A stretch of DNA of 64,000 bases from assembly GCA_963708075.1 (NCBI GenBank), contig OY970194.1:3072001-3136000 (forward strand), given 5' to 3'. The notes under the pieces are model-generated. The model searched no databases, had not been told where the DNA came from, and saw only the letters and a list, made by a program, of their open reading frames with translations. Positions 28,317 to 38,372 of the stretch are shown here, piece by piece. Within the stretch, counting starts at the first letter, position 1, and the number at the start of each line of letters is the position of its first letter. Origin of the DNA: Sedimentisphaerales bacterium (GTDB lineage Bacteria > Planctomycetota > Phycisphaerae > Sedimentisphaerales > Anaerobacaceae). The translations under genes and the position numbers were made by a program.

Positions 28317-30112
28317 TAGACCTCCTTCTCCAGATGGGCTTGAGCAATGCCTGTTTCGCGTTGGCCTTGGCGGTCGTGGCTGTGGTGGCAGGGAGAAGGG
28401 CCACGCGCCCGCATTTGGCTCACCTGCTCTGGTTGCTGGTCTTCGTCAAACTGGTGACGCCGCCGCTGGTGACGATTCCCGTGGGTCTATTCCCACAGCA
28501 GCCGGACCATGCAGCCGCGAATGCGGGTGCGTTCCGTCCCAACCAGCTGTCTGCGGTGGCGGAAACGGCTCTGGAGTCCGCCCTGCTGTCCAGCATCGCA
28601 CCCATGTGGAATCGGGCCAAGTCATGCATAGCTACCCTCTGGTTGCTGGGGAGCGTGGTTGTGTTTGTCTGGTCGATGGCCAGAGTATGGCGCTTCGGGC
28701 GCCTGTTGGCCGCAGAATCTGACGTCGCGTCACAGGAATTGCAGGAGAAGGCAGACAGGATGGCCCGGCAGCTCGGGCTGGCCACCGCCCCGACGATCCG
28801 GACGACCGCGGCGTGTCTGTCACCCCTGGTCTGGTGGACGGGGGGACAGGTACGGATTGTCATTCCCAGGGCGTTGCTCGACGAAAGGAGAGTTCAGGAC
28901 TGGCAGTGGATTGTGGCCCACGAGCTGGCGCATGTCCGGCGGCGCGACTATCTCGTCCGCTGGGTCGAGTGGCTGGCGTGCGTCTGTTTCTGGTGGAACC
29001 CCGTGGTGTGGTGGGCCCAGCGTAATCTGCGGGCCCTGGAGGAGATCTGTTGTGACGACCTGGTGCTCTCCACCTTGCACCCGAAACCGAAGTCCTATGC
29101 GGACTCCCTGTTAGCTGCCGTGGAGTTTCTTGCCCGACCGGCTGTGCGTGCCCCGGCGATGGCAAGTGAGATCAACAGCGGTGGAAGCCTTGAAAGAAGA
29201 TTCAGAATGATCGTATCCGGCAAGTCCAGCCAAGCGAGCTCTCGTTGGTTGCGGATGTGTGTGCTGGCGTGCGCCGTGGCCGTGCTGCCCCTGGGCCTGG
29301 CCTCGGCGCAGAACTATGAGTCCGTCGGCAAGCGGCTCCAGAGATCCGTAAAGAGAGGCGAGATCACGCAACAGCAGGCTGACGCGATGATGGGCGTCCT
29401 AAAGAAGGAGACCGACAGGAAGGACCAGGACACGGACAAGGCGACGGCCCATCTGATGAAGCTGAAGAAGGATCTCGGTGCCGCGGTCGAGGCCGGCAAG
29501 ATCAGTAAGGAAGACGCCGCCAAGAAGTACGAGGTCGCCGCGAAGGGCCTGAAGGAGAAGCCGGCTGCCCAGAGGGAGGACAGTACCGACCTGCAGGCCG
29601 CCTGGAAGAAGCTGCAGGACAAGGTTAAGGCGGGCGAGCTGACCAAAGAACAGGCCCTCGCCAAGATGTCGTCGCTCAAAGAGGCGGCGGCCAAGAAAGA
29701 CCTCCAGAAGAAGCCGGCCGCCAAGGGGCAGGGCTATATTGACCTGGACGCCGCCTGGAAGAAGCTGCAGGCCAAGGTTCAGGCGGGCGAGTTGACTCAG
29801 GAGCAGGCCCAAGCTCAAATGGCCGCCCTCAAGAAGGAGAATGCCCGGAAGGACCAGGATGCGGACAAAACGATGACCGCTCCGATGAAGATGAAGAAGG
29901 ACCTGGGCTCAGCAGTCGAGGCCGGCAAGATGGGCAGGGAAAACGCCCCCAAGAAGGACATCAAGAAGAAGCCGGCGACCCAGCCTGATTACGACGCCAT
30001 CGGCAGAGATCTCAAGGCGGCCGTGCAGGCAGGCAAGCTGACGAAGGAGGAAGCCAAGGCGAAGTGGGAGGCGCTTAAGAAAGAGGCCGCCCCAGACAAA
30101 GGTGAGAATTAG
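28313..30112 (+). CDS. BlaR1/MecR1-like M56 metallopeptidase with a lysine-rich helical-repeat extracytoplasmic region
   Basis: LWLLVFVKLVTPP, HELAH zinc motif, WWNPVVW, EICCD..V, LERRF.MI; six G(E/K)(I/L)(T/S).E.A repeats after the last TM helix. Confidence 0.88.
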   Translation: MIDLLLQMGLSNACFALALAVVAVVAGRRATRPHLAHLLWLLVFVKLVTPPLVTIPVGLFPQQPDHAAANAGAFRPNQLSAVAETALESALLSSIAPMWNRAKSCIATLWLLGSVVVFVWSMARVWRFGRLLAAESDVASQELQEKADRMARQLGLATAPTIRTTAACLSPLVWWTGGQVRIVIPRALLDERRVQDWQWIVAHELAHVRRRDYLVRWVEWLACVCFWWNPVVWWAQRNLRALEEICCDDLVLSTLHPKPKSYADSLLAAVEFLARPAVRAPAMASEINSGGSLERRFRMIVSGKSSQASSRWLRMCVLACAVAVLPLGLASAQNYESVGKRLQRSVKRGEITQQQADAMMGVLKKETDRKDQDTDKATAHLMKLKKDLGAAVEAGKISKEDAAKKYEVAAKGLKEKPAAQREDSTDLQAAWKKLQDKVKAGELTKEQALAKMSSLKEAAAKKDLQKKPAAKGQGYIDLDAAWKKLQAKVQAGELTQEQAQAQMAALKKENARKDQDADKTMTAPMKMKKDLGSAVEAGKMGRENAPKKDIKKKPATQPDYDAIGRDLKAAVQAGKLTKEEAKAKWEALKKEAAPDKGEN

Positions 30113-30170
30113 GGCGGGGAAATGTCGGACGAGATGAGTTGTGGCAATCAGAAACGGAAAGGAGCAAAAG

Positions 30171-30984
30171 ATGAAAATGGGAAAGACATCATTGATGGTC
30201 GTCGGCGTGGTTCTCCTGGTTCTGGGCAGCCTGGCGACGGCTGACGAGGGAAAGAGTGCCCCGGACAAGAGCGCCGGCTCTGACAAGACCGTAGTGAAGC
30301 CAGAGTCGAAGGAGTCGGGCGAGCCCGGCGGGTGGCTCCTGTCGCTGGCCTGGTGGCTGGATCTCACCAAGGAGCAAGTGGCGCTGATCCGGGCGATTGT
30401 GGAGGAGGCGCAACCGCAAGCCAAAGAAGCGGCCGCGGTGGTGGATGCGGCGCAGGCTGCCTTGCACGAGGCGGTCATGAACGGCGCCAGTGAGGAGGAC
30501 ATTCGCGTGGCCGCCGAGGCGCTGGGTCTTTTGATCGGCGACCAAGCGGTCCTCCGCGCAGACGCTGGCGGCGATCAAAGCAGTGCTGACGGAGGAGCAA
30601 CTCGAGCGTTTCGATCAGATCAAGGCGAAGCTGCCGCAACTGGTGCAACAGATGCACAATGCGAAATCCCGCGACGCGGACGTGAAGTCTTCCAAGTCGT
30701 CGGACAAGACGGCCAAGGGGGACACCGGGGACAAAACTGCCACGGGTGAGAAGTCTTCCACCGGTAGCAAGACCGGTGCGGGTGATAAGACTGCAACTGG
30801 TGGCAAGACGTCCACGGGCGACAAGACTGCCGCTGGTGGCAAGACTTCCGCGGAGGATACGGCCCTAGTGCTGGTGACGATCTTCAAAGCCGCCGACACG
30901 AATAAAGACGGCGCGCTGACCATGGATGAACTGAATGCCTATCTGAAAAGCACGGAAGGCGATCAGTCGGCTCCGAAGAAATGA
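30171..30984 (+). CDS. Secreted Spy/CpxP-like (LTxxQ) protein with a low-complexity linker and C-terminal EF-hand (apparent frameshift near 30555-30562)
   Basis: RBS AAGGAG and signal peptide; LDLTKEQ and VLTEEQ motifs split over two frames; GDKTATG repeats; DTNKDGALTMDE. Confidence 0.7.
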
Positions 30985-31116
30985 AGGGGGCAGAGGAGCG
31001 AACCATTTGGGAGAGTTGCCGCCTCCGAAAGGGGAATCCCACGCCGCCTGCAACGGAGAGTCAACACTTGACACAGGACAGGTGCGTCCTGATTCGTAGG
31101 GGAACAAGGTGACGAG

Positions 31117-33801
31117 ATGAAAACGACGCTGGTAACGATGTTAAACCTGTCTCTCCTGGCTCTCATTGCTTCCGGTGGCTCGGTGGTGCGAGCGCAGGCG
31201 ATGGCTTCTCCCGGCTGGGTTATGGCCGGGGCCAATCCGCAGCGGACCTCGTGGGTGCCTGACGCTGCCCCGGGGCTGCTGAAGCCGATCTGGGTCAAAC
31301 CCGTTGAGCCGTATATCTCACAGAAGGTGCAGATCATCACGGCGTCGGGAAAACTGTTCCTTTCGACCGCGCGGGGACTGTACGCCTTCGATGCGGATAC
31401 GGGCGCGGATCTGTGGGTGTATCCCACCGAACTCCCTCTGGGTCACTCCCCGACCTACGCCGACGGCCGGGTCTACGTGGCCGGACTGGATCGCAAGATC
31501 CATGCCATCGACGCCGACACCGGCCAGGGGCTGTGGACGTTTAATGCCGCGGGAGGATTCCACACGAGTCCGCTCGTGGTCGGGGGGCTCGTCTATGCCG
31601 GCAGCCGCGACGGGTGCATGTACGCCGTGGATGCGGGCACCGGAGAGCTTGTGTGGAAGCATCGAACCGAGGGACAAATCCTGCAGTCTGCCGCTTACCA
31701 GGACGGCGTCATCTTCTTCGGTTCTCAAGATGCGCGAGCCTATGCCCTGGATGCCCGGACGGGAACGCAGGTTTGGCGATCGGACAAGCTGCCCGGCATG
31801 GGCTGGCACTCCTGGTGGCCGGTGATCTACAAAGACGTCGTCCTGTTCACCCGGACCGAGGTCGAGAAAGGCCTGGTGGGATTCCAGAACGAATGGGTCT
31901 TCTCGAAGAACAAGACTGCGAAGAACCTGCCGGGAGTCCGGGGAACCGAGCCGGGCGACTGGACGGCCGGCGAGCCTACCGTCGATATTCGCACCAACGC
32001 CAACGGCGGCACAATCCCCGACTGGTTCGAACAGTATCCCTGGCGCCGGAGCCTGATCGTTCTGGATCGCAGGACCGGCGTGGAAGTGGCCTTCGATCTG
32101 GACAATGACGGGCTTACGGATGCGGCGCCGATGCTGTGGGGCTGGACGCATGGCGGGACGTGCTATCCCCCGCTGGTGAGCGGCCACGACGGCGTGATCT
32201 ACTTTCGCAGTATGAGTCACGCCACGGGCGGCGGGATCCCGGGCGCGGTGATGGTCGGCTGGAAATACGGCACGCCGTTCCTGAGCCTGCCGGTTTCGAA
32301 CATGTCGGGACAGAGCGGCTTCTGGCCCGGCGATGAGCCCGTGGGGATCTCCGCCGGCGGAAGCTATGTCTATTGGAACCTGTGCAACGACCGGTTTTTG
32401 GGCAGCGCGGATTTGTCGATCGCAAACACAGCGTTTCCGGAAACCGACGGCAGGCGGCAGTGGCGGCACATGAGCGGCGATGGGCTCAAGTCCACCACCC
32501 TGCCCGCCGGCTACAACAGCCAGGTCTCCCAGTATCTTTGGAGCGTGGGTCCCGCGACCATCAAGCCCATGTATTGGGCTCACGGCGATAACGTCGGACC
32601 TACAATCTACAATGGCAAAATGTACGTGCACCGCGGCAATGCGATCGTCGCTTTCGGTCCCAACGGGCTGGGCGGCGGCGCCCCGGTGTTACCGGTGGCG
32701 CGCATCCGTCCCGGAGGGATAGCGCCCGAACCCCTGTCCGAAACGGTCCTTCGAGAGCGGCTGGCGGCGGAGGTCAGGAAGATTCTGGACCAGGGACATT
32801 TGATGGCGGGCTTTGCCAAGATCGGGCTCATCGATTTTATGGCGGTGAACCGGTTGGGCGATTACCTGCTCCATTACTGGCACAATCCGGCGGATATGCT
32901 TCTCACGTTGTCACGGGCCTTGCCTTATCTGCCGCCGGAGATGCAGGACCCGGTGCGTCAGTATCTTCGGGATGAATACGCCGCCTTTGCTCCTTACAAG
33001 TACACGCACATCGGGTTCACCGAGGGAGCGCCGCGAGAGCCTTTCAATTATCCGCCCTCCACGCCGAGGATCTTCGAGCACGATTCCGGGCCTCTCACAG
33101 GCAGTTCTTTTCCCGGCTGGGGCAAACCGCCTCACAGTGTTTATGCGATGTGGAAATACGCACAGGCGGGTCTGGCCGAGCCCGCCACGGTCTTCGAGCA
33201 AGCCTCGGGCCTGATCGGTTCCACGCCATCCGATAGCTATCTCCAGGCGTTTCCGCACGTCCACAACGCCTACATTGCAGGCTACGTCGGCTACGTGGAA
33301 CTGGCCAGGATGGCCGGCCGGCCCTATGCCACCCAACAGCAGGAGTTGGATCGGCTGCTCCAACTGCGAGTCCAGACGTTCCGATGGGATGTGCAGGCGA
33401 ACACCGGCACTGCGCAGAGCGATCAATATTTCTATACCCTCATTACGGCCTGGAATTTCATGTATCTGGTCCCGGAATTGGCGGATTACCTGCGTCAGAA
33501 CGCCCTTGTGAAGGTCCAGGACGCTATCGATCGCTACACTCACATGGCGCCCTATTGGATGGTCGGACATAACGAAGAAGTGCAGCACGAGAATGGCATC
33601 ACCCCGCTCCACCAGACCCACGCACTGTTTCAGGCCAAGGCCCAGATTCTTCAAGCGTCCCGCGACGAATTAGCCAAGGTCCTGGACACGCCCGTGGTCC
33701 CCGCAGGTGATCTGTTTCATCTCCAGAATCTCATTGCCACTCTCGAAGCCTCGCCGGCGAGTTCAGACGGCGAGGAGGGTCTGCAGGCCAAAATAAAGTA
33801 A
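31117..33801 (+). CDS. Secreted PQQ-like (BamB-type) beta-propeller protein with a large uncharacterised C-terminal region
   Basis: 894 aa; W.M.GAN.QRT; four LYA.DA.TG..LW repeats. Confidence 0.8.
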   Translation: MKTTLVTMLNLSLLALIASGGSVVRAQAMASPGWVMAGANPQRTSWVPDAAPGLLKPIWVKPVEPYISQKVQIITASGKLFLSTARGLYAFDADTGADLWVYPTELPLGHSPTYADGRVYVAGLDRKIHAIDADTGQGLWTFNAAGGFHTSPLVVGGLVYAGSRDGCMYAVDAGTGELVWKHRTEGQILQSAAYQDGVIFFGSQDARAYALDARTGTQVWRSDKLPGMGWHSWWPVIYKDVVLFTRTEVEKGLVGFQNEWVFSKNKTAKNLPGVRGTEPGDWTAGEPTVDIRTNANGGTIPDWFEQYPWRRSLIVLDRRTGVEVAFDLDNDGLTDAAPMLWGWTHGGTCYPPLVSGHDGVIYFRSMSHATGGGIPGAVMVGWKYGTPFLSLPVSNMSGQSGFWPGDEPVGISAGGSYVYWNLCNDRFLGSADLSIANTAFPETDGRRQWRHMSGDGLKSTTLPAGYNSQVSQYLWSVGPATIKPMYWAHGDNVGPTIYNGKMYVHRGNAIVAFGPNGLGGGAPVLPVARIRPGGIAPEPLSETVLRERLAAEVRKILDQGHLMAGFAKIGLIDFMAVNRLGDYLLHYWHNPADMLLTLSRALPYLPPEMQDPVRQYLRDEYAAFAPYKYTHIGFTEGAPREPFNYPPSTPRIFEHDSGPLTGSSFPGWGKPPHSVYAMWKYAQAGLAEPATVFEQASGLIGSTPSDSYLQAFPHVHNAYIAGYVGYVELARMAGRPYATQQQELDRLLQLRVQTFRWDVQANTGTAQSDQYFYTLITAWNFMYLVPELADYLRQNALVKVQDAIDRYTHMAPYWMVGHNEEVQHENGITPLHQTHALFQAKAQILQASRDELAKVLDTPVVPAGDLFHLQNLIATLEASPASSDGEEGLQAKIK

Positions 33802-34011
33802 TTCCTGTTGCTGCATGTGGGCGCGTAGGTGTCTTGACGATTCAACTCGCATGGGAATTCCGGCGATGCTTTACTTGTTTCGTCGGCGTCGTCCCGTTCT
33901 GCTATCGGCCGCATGGGCTGAAGTCCATCCTACGCGTCTGCGTTTGCGCCATTTGGACTTCGGTCGTTAGGGCTTGTTTCGGATTTCGAGTTTCGTGCTT
34001 CTGCGGCGTTG

Positions 34012-34114
34012 GGGGTCAGCCCTTAGGTTAGAGTTTAGCGGGGATTTGTGAAAGAAGGCGTCAATCCACAAATCTCTGTGTTCATCGGTTTACTTATTTC
34101 CGAGGACTGACCCC
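34012..34114. repeat. ~100-bp imperfect palindrome; its left arm is repeated at 34731-34783
   Basis: GGGGTCAGCCCTT...GAGGACTGACCCC termini and inner GATTTGTG/CACAAATC; tcagcccttaggttaga..tagcggggatttg occurs twice. Confidence 0.65.
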
Positions 34115-34213
34115 TTGATTCCCCCCTGCCTTGGGCCGCATGGGCTGAAGCCCATCCTACGCACTCACCTCTCTGGGTCGAGATGTGCCATGGGATCGGC
34201 TTGGCTGTTTGCC

Positions 34214-34585
34214 TTATTTGGGGCGTTTGAGCCAGTACGCGTAGTGATACGATCCTGAAAATCCCGGCGCATCGTCGTGGTGCACGACTTGGATGAGTTC
34301 CCAACTCTGGTGGCCAAGGTGATCGAGGAACGCTATTTGGAGGAAGTTCTTGCCAGTATCCGCTGGAAAGTCTCTCGGCAAACCCATTTGCTGGATGAAT
34401 GCCGGTGCCGTGTCGCCCCACACGAGTTGCCCCTCGTGGTTCCACCGAAAGCCGTCAGAGCCGGTAGAAAAGACTCCATACTGCCATTGGGTAGCCGGAC
34501 GGGGACTGGGATTCGCTCCGATCAAGAGTCCGAGCGAGAGCAGCATTCCGACGGTGCATGCGCCGATGAGCACTTTGCCTTTCAT
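34214..34585 (-). CDS. Small secreted or membrane-anchored hypothetical protein
   Basis: 123 aa; hydrophobic N-terminus, WQYG and C-terminal LD.LG.Q.WELIQV...YWLKRPK (DUF4177-like pattern). Confidence 0.65.
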   Translation of the reverse strand: MKGKVLIGACTVGMLLSLGLLIGANPSPRPATQWQYGVFSTGSDGFRWNHEGQLVWGDTAPAFIQQMGLPRDFPADTGKNFLQIAFLDHLGHQSWELIQVVHHDDAPGFSGSYHYAYWLKRPK

Positions 34586-35008
34586 TGTTGACCCCTTCAC
34601 AGGCTGTTCCTCATGTCTTTGGCTCCAACCTTCAATTGTATCTCCGATCCATCTATTATATATAAGGCGCAAAACGGCCGGTGGGCAACAGATTTGCCCT
34701 TGCATTTCATGAGGCGAAGGAGTCGGTGGCGGGGATCAGCCCTTAGGTTAGAATCTAGCGGGGATTTGCGGAGGAAGGGGCGTTTGGGGCCTGGCCGTGA
34801 GAACGCCTGACGGCGTCACTACGAACATCGCAAACCGGCGGCCTCGTTCATTGTTGCAGACACCGTCGCCCCCTGCCTTGGACCACATGGGCTGAAGCCC
34901 ATCCTACGCGCTCTTATCCTTGGCGGTCTTGGCGTCTTTGCGCGAGACATAAGGGGTCAACAGGCCGTGGTTGCGGCTTCTTTCATTGGGGCTTCGGGTT
35001 TCCCGGGG

Positions 35009-35686
35009 TTAGTCGGCCGGGAGGAGGTAGATGTTGCGGAACTCGATGAGGCCGCCTTCGCTCTGTAGGCCGATCCAGCCGCTACTCGGCTTGGCTTTCG
35101 TGCCCTCGTTCTGCAGGATGCCGTTGACGAAGCAGCGAATCTTGCCTTTCTTGCAGTGAATCTCATAGACGTTCCACTGTCCGGCGGGTTTCTCGCCGAT
35201 CGGCGATTTCTTCTCGATGGCGACAAACTGCTTACTGGGGTCCTGCCGGTCGATCCCGTTGACGGTCAGGCCCGCGCCGTTCATGAGGACGAAATCCCCG
35301 GCGTTGCCGGCTTTCAACTGGCACTCGATGCAGGTGGGCCAGAGCTGATCCGGCCCGCTCATATGCAGCAGCACGCCGCTATTGGCGGTCTGCTCGGGCC
35401 ACCGCCACTCGACGTGCAGGCGGTAGTTCTTGTACCGGTTCTCGGTGCGCATGTAGCCATCGGGTTTTCCCGAGCAGCGAATGACATGATTCCGGATGCG
35501 CCATACGTCGTTGACGTCCACTGTCGGATCGGCAACGTAGCGATACCAGCCCGTGAAATCCGTGCCATTCCAGAGCATCACCTTTTCGTCAGGTGACGTG
35601 GTCCCAGTCGTGCTGCGACAGCCCGCCAGAGCCAATAAAGATGTGATCGCAACCAGCCACCCGATCCTGCTCACCGCTCGCACCAT
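35009..35686 (-). CDS. DUF1080 (3-keto-disaccharide hydrolase family) lipoprotein
   Basis: RBS AAGGAGG and lipobox LAGC; LWNG.DFTGW, Y.NY.LHVEWRW, NSGVL, GQWN.YEI, GWIGLQSEG..IEFRNI. Confidence 0.88.
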   Translation of the reverse strand: MVRAVSRIGWLVAITSLLALAGCRSTTGTTSPDEKVMLWNGTDFTGWYRYVADPTVDVNDVWRIRNHVIRCSGKPDGYMRTENRYKNYRLHVEWRWPEQTANSGVLLHMSGPDQLWPTCIECQLKAGNAGDFVLMNGAGLTVNGIDRQDPSKQFVAIEKKSPIGEKPAGQWNVYEIHCKKGKIRCFVNGILQNEGTKAKPSSGWIGLQSEGGLIEFRNIYLLPAD

Positions 35687-35702
35687 GATTCCAGCCTCCT
35701 TT

Positions 35703-35796
35703 AAGATCAAAGATCAAAATGCAAAGGTCAAAATTGCGGAGTCGCCTTCGGCGATGCTCTTTCATGTTTGATTCTTGACTTTTGGTTCTTGATCTT
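35703..35796. repeat. Heptamer-repeat hairpin (GATCAAA / TTTTGAT) with a TCGCCTTCGGC centre
   Basis: aagatcaaagatcaaaatgcaaaggtcaaaa...tttgattcttgacttttggttcttgatctt. Confidence 0.7.
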
Positions 35797-35835
35797 CTTA
35801 CCGCATCGGCGGGGCCTGAGTCAACTTGAAAAACG

Positions 35836-36212
35836 CTACGGACATCGCTTGCATGCCTCCTGCCATTTCTTCTCCGCGTCGGGATCTCGTTTTCGGGCAG
35901 GGATGACCCGGCGGATGACCTTGGCCCATCTGCTGTTGGGCCGGGCCTGCGCCACGCCAGGAGCCTGTCTCGCAGGGGAGTTCTCTTTCGGACGCGCATG
36001 ACCCGGCAGATCACCCTGGCCCCCCTGCTGTTGGGCCGAGCCTGGGCCCACGCCAAGAGCTTGTCCCGCAGCAGGATACGCAGGCCGAGCAGCTCCAGGC
36101 CAACCAGGGCCAGCCATGACCCGGGTGTCAACGGCGTCAGGAGCGCAAGAAGGCCCATGAGGATCAGGATGACCCCAACGGTGTACCTCAGAATCTTCTT
36201 TATCGAGATCAT
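35836..36212 (-). CDS. Small membrane protein (PGPGW-like hairpin) with an internal 32-aa tandem duplication (apparent frameshift near 35952)
   Basis: GVILILMGLLALLTPLTPGSWLALVGLELL, then LRD(K/R)LLAWAQARPNSR.A.VI.RV..RKR twice. Confidence 0.65.
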
Positions 36213-36218
36213 TTCATC

Positions 36219-36290
36219 GATCAAAGATCAAGACTGTGGAATCGCCTTCGGCTTTCATTTTTGACTTTTGATTTTTGATTCTTGATTTTC
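36219..36290. repeat. Second heptamer-repeat hairpin of the same family; contains the pepF stop codon
   Basis: gatcaaagatcaaga...tcgccttcggc...ttttgacttttgatttttgattcttgatttt. Confidence 0.7.
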
Positions 36291-38165
36291 CTTGAGGATT
36301 GATTCGATTTCATCCATGGTGCGATTCATCGCGGCCATGGTCTTGCGGAACGGCTCCGGTGTCGTCATGTCCACTCCAGCCTTCTTCAGGATCTCGATCG
36401 GGTAGTCCGACCCGCCGGCAGAGACGAAATCGAGATACCGTTGAGCAGCGTCCGGCTTGCCGCTGAGGACCTCCTCCGCAAGAGCCGTTGCCGCGGTGAA
36501 GGACGTGGAGTACTGGTACACGTAGAAATTGTAATAGAAGTGCGGGATGTAGGCCCATTCGACGGCGTACAGGTCATCGATCCGGCAGATGCCCTTATCG
36601 TGCCCGTAGTACTGCCTGAGAATCCCGCCGTAGAGCTTCGGTGAACGTGTCGCCCGTCAGCGGCTCGCCCCGCTCGGCCTTCTCGTGGATTCGCAGCTCG
36701 AACTCGGCAAACTGCGTCTGCCGGAACACCGTGCCCCGGATTCCGTCGAGGTAGTTCATCAGCAGCGACAATCTCACGTCGTCGTCCTTGATCTCGTTGA
36801 GCATCTTGTGGATGAGGAGCGCCTCGTTGAAGGTCGAGGCAACCTCAGCCACGAACGTCGGATAGTCCGCCAGCGGGTACGGCTGGCGCCTTGTTCGCGT
36901 AGTAGCTGTGCAGCGCGTGACCCATCTCATGGGCCAGCGTGCTGACGTCGTCGTACTGGCCGTTGTAGTTCAGCAGAACGTACGGATGCACGTCGTACGC
37001 GCTGCCGTTGGAGTAGGCGCCGGAGCGCTTGCCCGGCGTCGGATACACGTCGATCCATCGCTGCTCGAAGGCCTTCTCCGCCGCCGAACGGTACTCGGGA
37101 CCGAGCGGCTGGAGCGCGTCCAGATACAGCTTTTTGGCCTCCTCGAACGTGTACTTGAGGTCCAAACCCTTCACGACAGGGGCATAAATGTCCGAGTACT
37201 TCAGCGTGTCCACACCCAACATGCGCTTCCGGAGTTGGAGATAGCGATGGAACGTGTCCATATTGTCATGCACGTTCGAAATGAGCTTGTGATAGACCTC
37301 TGTTGGGATGTTGTTCCTGTCCAGGGCCCGGTGCAGACAGGACTCGTAGTTCTTCGTTCTGGCGTAGAAAACGTGCGTCTGCAGGTGGGAATAGAGTTGT
37401 ACGCCGAAGGTCTGCCTGAACTTATTGATCGCGGACCAGAACGCCTGAAAGACGGCCTCACGATCCGCCCGGTTCGGCGAGGCGCGGTGCAGTGCGTACC
37501 CGGCTTTGTTGAGGACAGCCTTGGCGCCGTCGCTCAGAGTGATCTCGGGGTACGGCATCTCCGCGTTGCTGAAGACCGTGTAGACGGAGCCGGGGCCGTC
37601 CGCCATCTGCCCGGTCCGGGCGACGATCTTCTCCTCCTCCTGCGAGAGGGTATGAGCTTTGCTGCGGAGGATGTCGAACAGGTACAGACGATAAACCTGC
37701 AGGTCCGGCTCGGCGGCAAGGAACGCCTCCATCTTCGTCTTATCGAGCGTGACGAGCTCCGGCTCGATGAATGACGCCCGCGTGCTGTACTCCGTAACGA
37801 GCAGCTCGATCTCCTGCTTCATCGCCAGGTACGTCGCGTTGCGGGTATCCTCGTCGGATTTCATCGACGCATAGCTGTGCAGCCGGCCAATCTCCTTGGA
37901 GATATCGCTGTTAAGCCTCAGACAGCCGAGCAATTGCGCAGACCGACTGTGTCAGCGTTCCCCTGTACTGCAGGATCTGATCGAGCCGGCCCGCGAGATC
38001 GCTCTTGGCCTGTTTCCACGCCTGATCGGAGGCATATAAGTCCTCCAGACGCCACAGCTCATCGGCCGGAACTTCGGCGCGCTGACGCATCTGACCTTTA
38101 CCATCCGTTGCGAACAAAGAGATTCCCATCACCATTGAAGCACCCAGCACCCATAATCGCGTCAT
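36255..38165 (-). CDS. pepF: Oligoendopeptidase F (M3B) with a signal peptide; three apparent frameshifts (~37940, ~36890, ~36637)
   Basis: R.EVP....W.LEDLY; RWIDVYP..GKRSGAYS; TLAHEMGHALHS; FVAEVASTFNE; FRQTQFAEFE; IPHFYYNFYVYQY; GGSDYP...LKKAGVDM, spread over four consecutive ORF pieces. Confidence 0.9.
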
Positions 38166-38372
38166 TCCGTTTCCTCATCTGCCATTCGATACATCCATCG
38201 CAGTCGCCCCAACCCTACTACTATAGACATCCGGCCATCGTAAGGTTCGGCCGTTCACGGCGTCAAGGCATATGCCGGCCAATCTGTCATCGTGTGTGAA
38301 CTGCTTTCGCGGCATGATCGCCCCACGACTCCAGCCACATAAGACGGCGCCGACAATATCGCTGCTTGTGAT

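Larger units (their letters stand above)
33907..34909 (-). repeat. Three copies of a GTAG-family REP (GTAGGATGG.CTTCAGCCCATG)
   Basis: Copies at 33907-33935, 34123-34162 and 34870-34909; the last two share the extension cccctgccttgg. Confidence 0.8.

Noticed and set aside
30990..31080. Riboswitch between the Spy-like and propeller genes (GAAA-capped hairpin)
   Set aside because: Only a short hairpin; it does not match any aptamer consensus I know.
34020..34770. Integron attC sites around the small gene
   Set aside because: GTTAGAG/GTTAGAA do not fit GTTRRRY, there is no complementary RYYYAAC box at a suitable distance, and no integrase is in the window.
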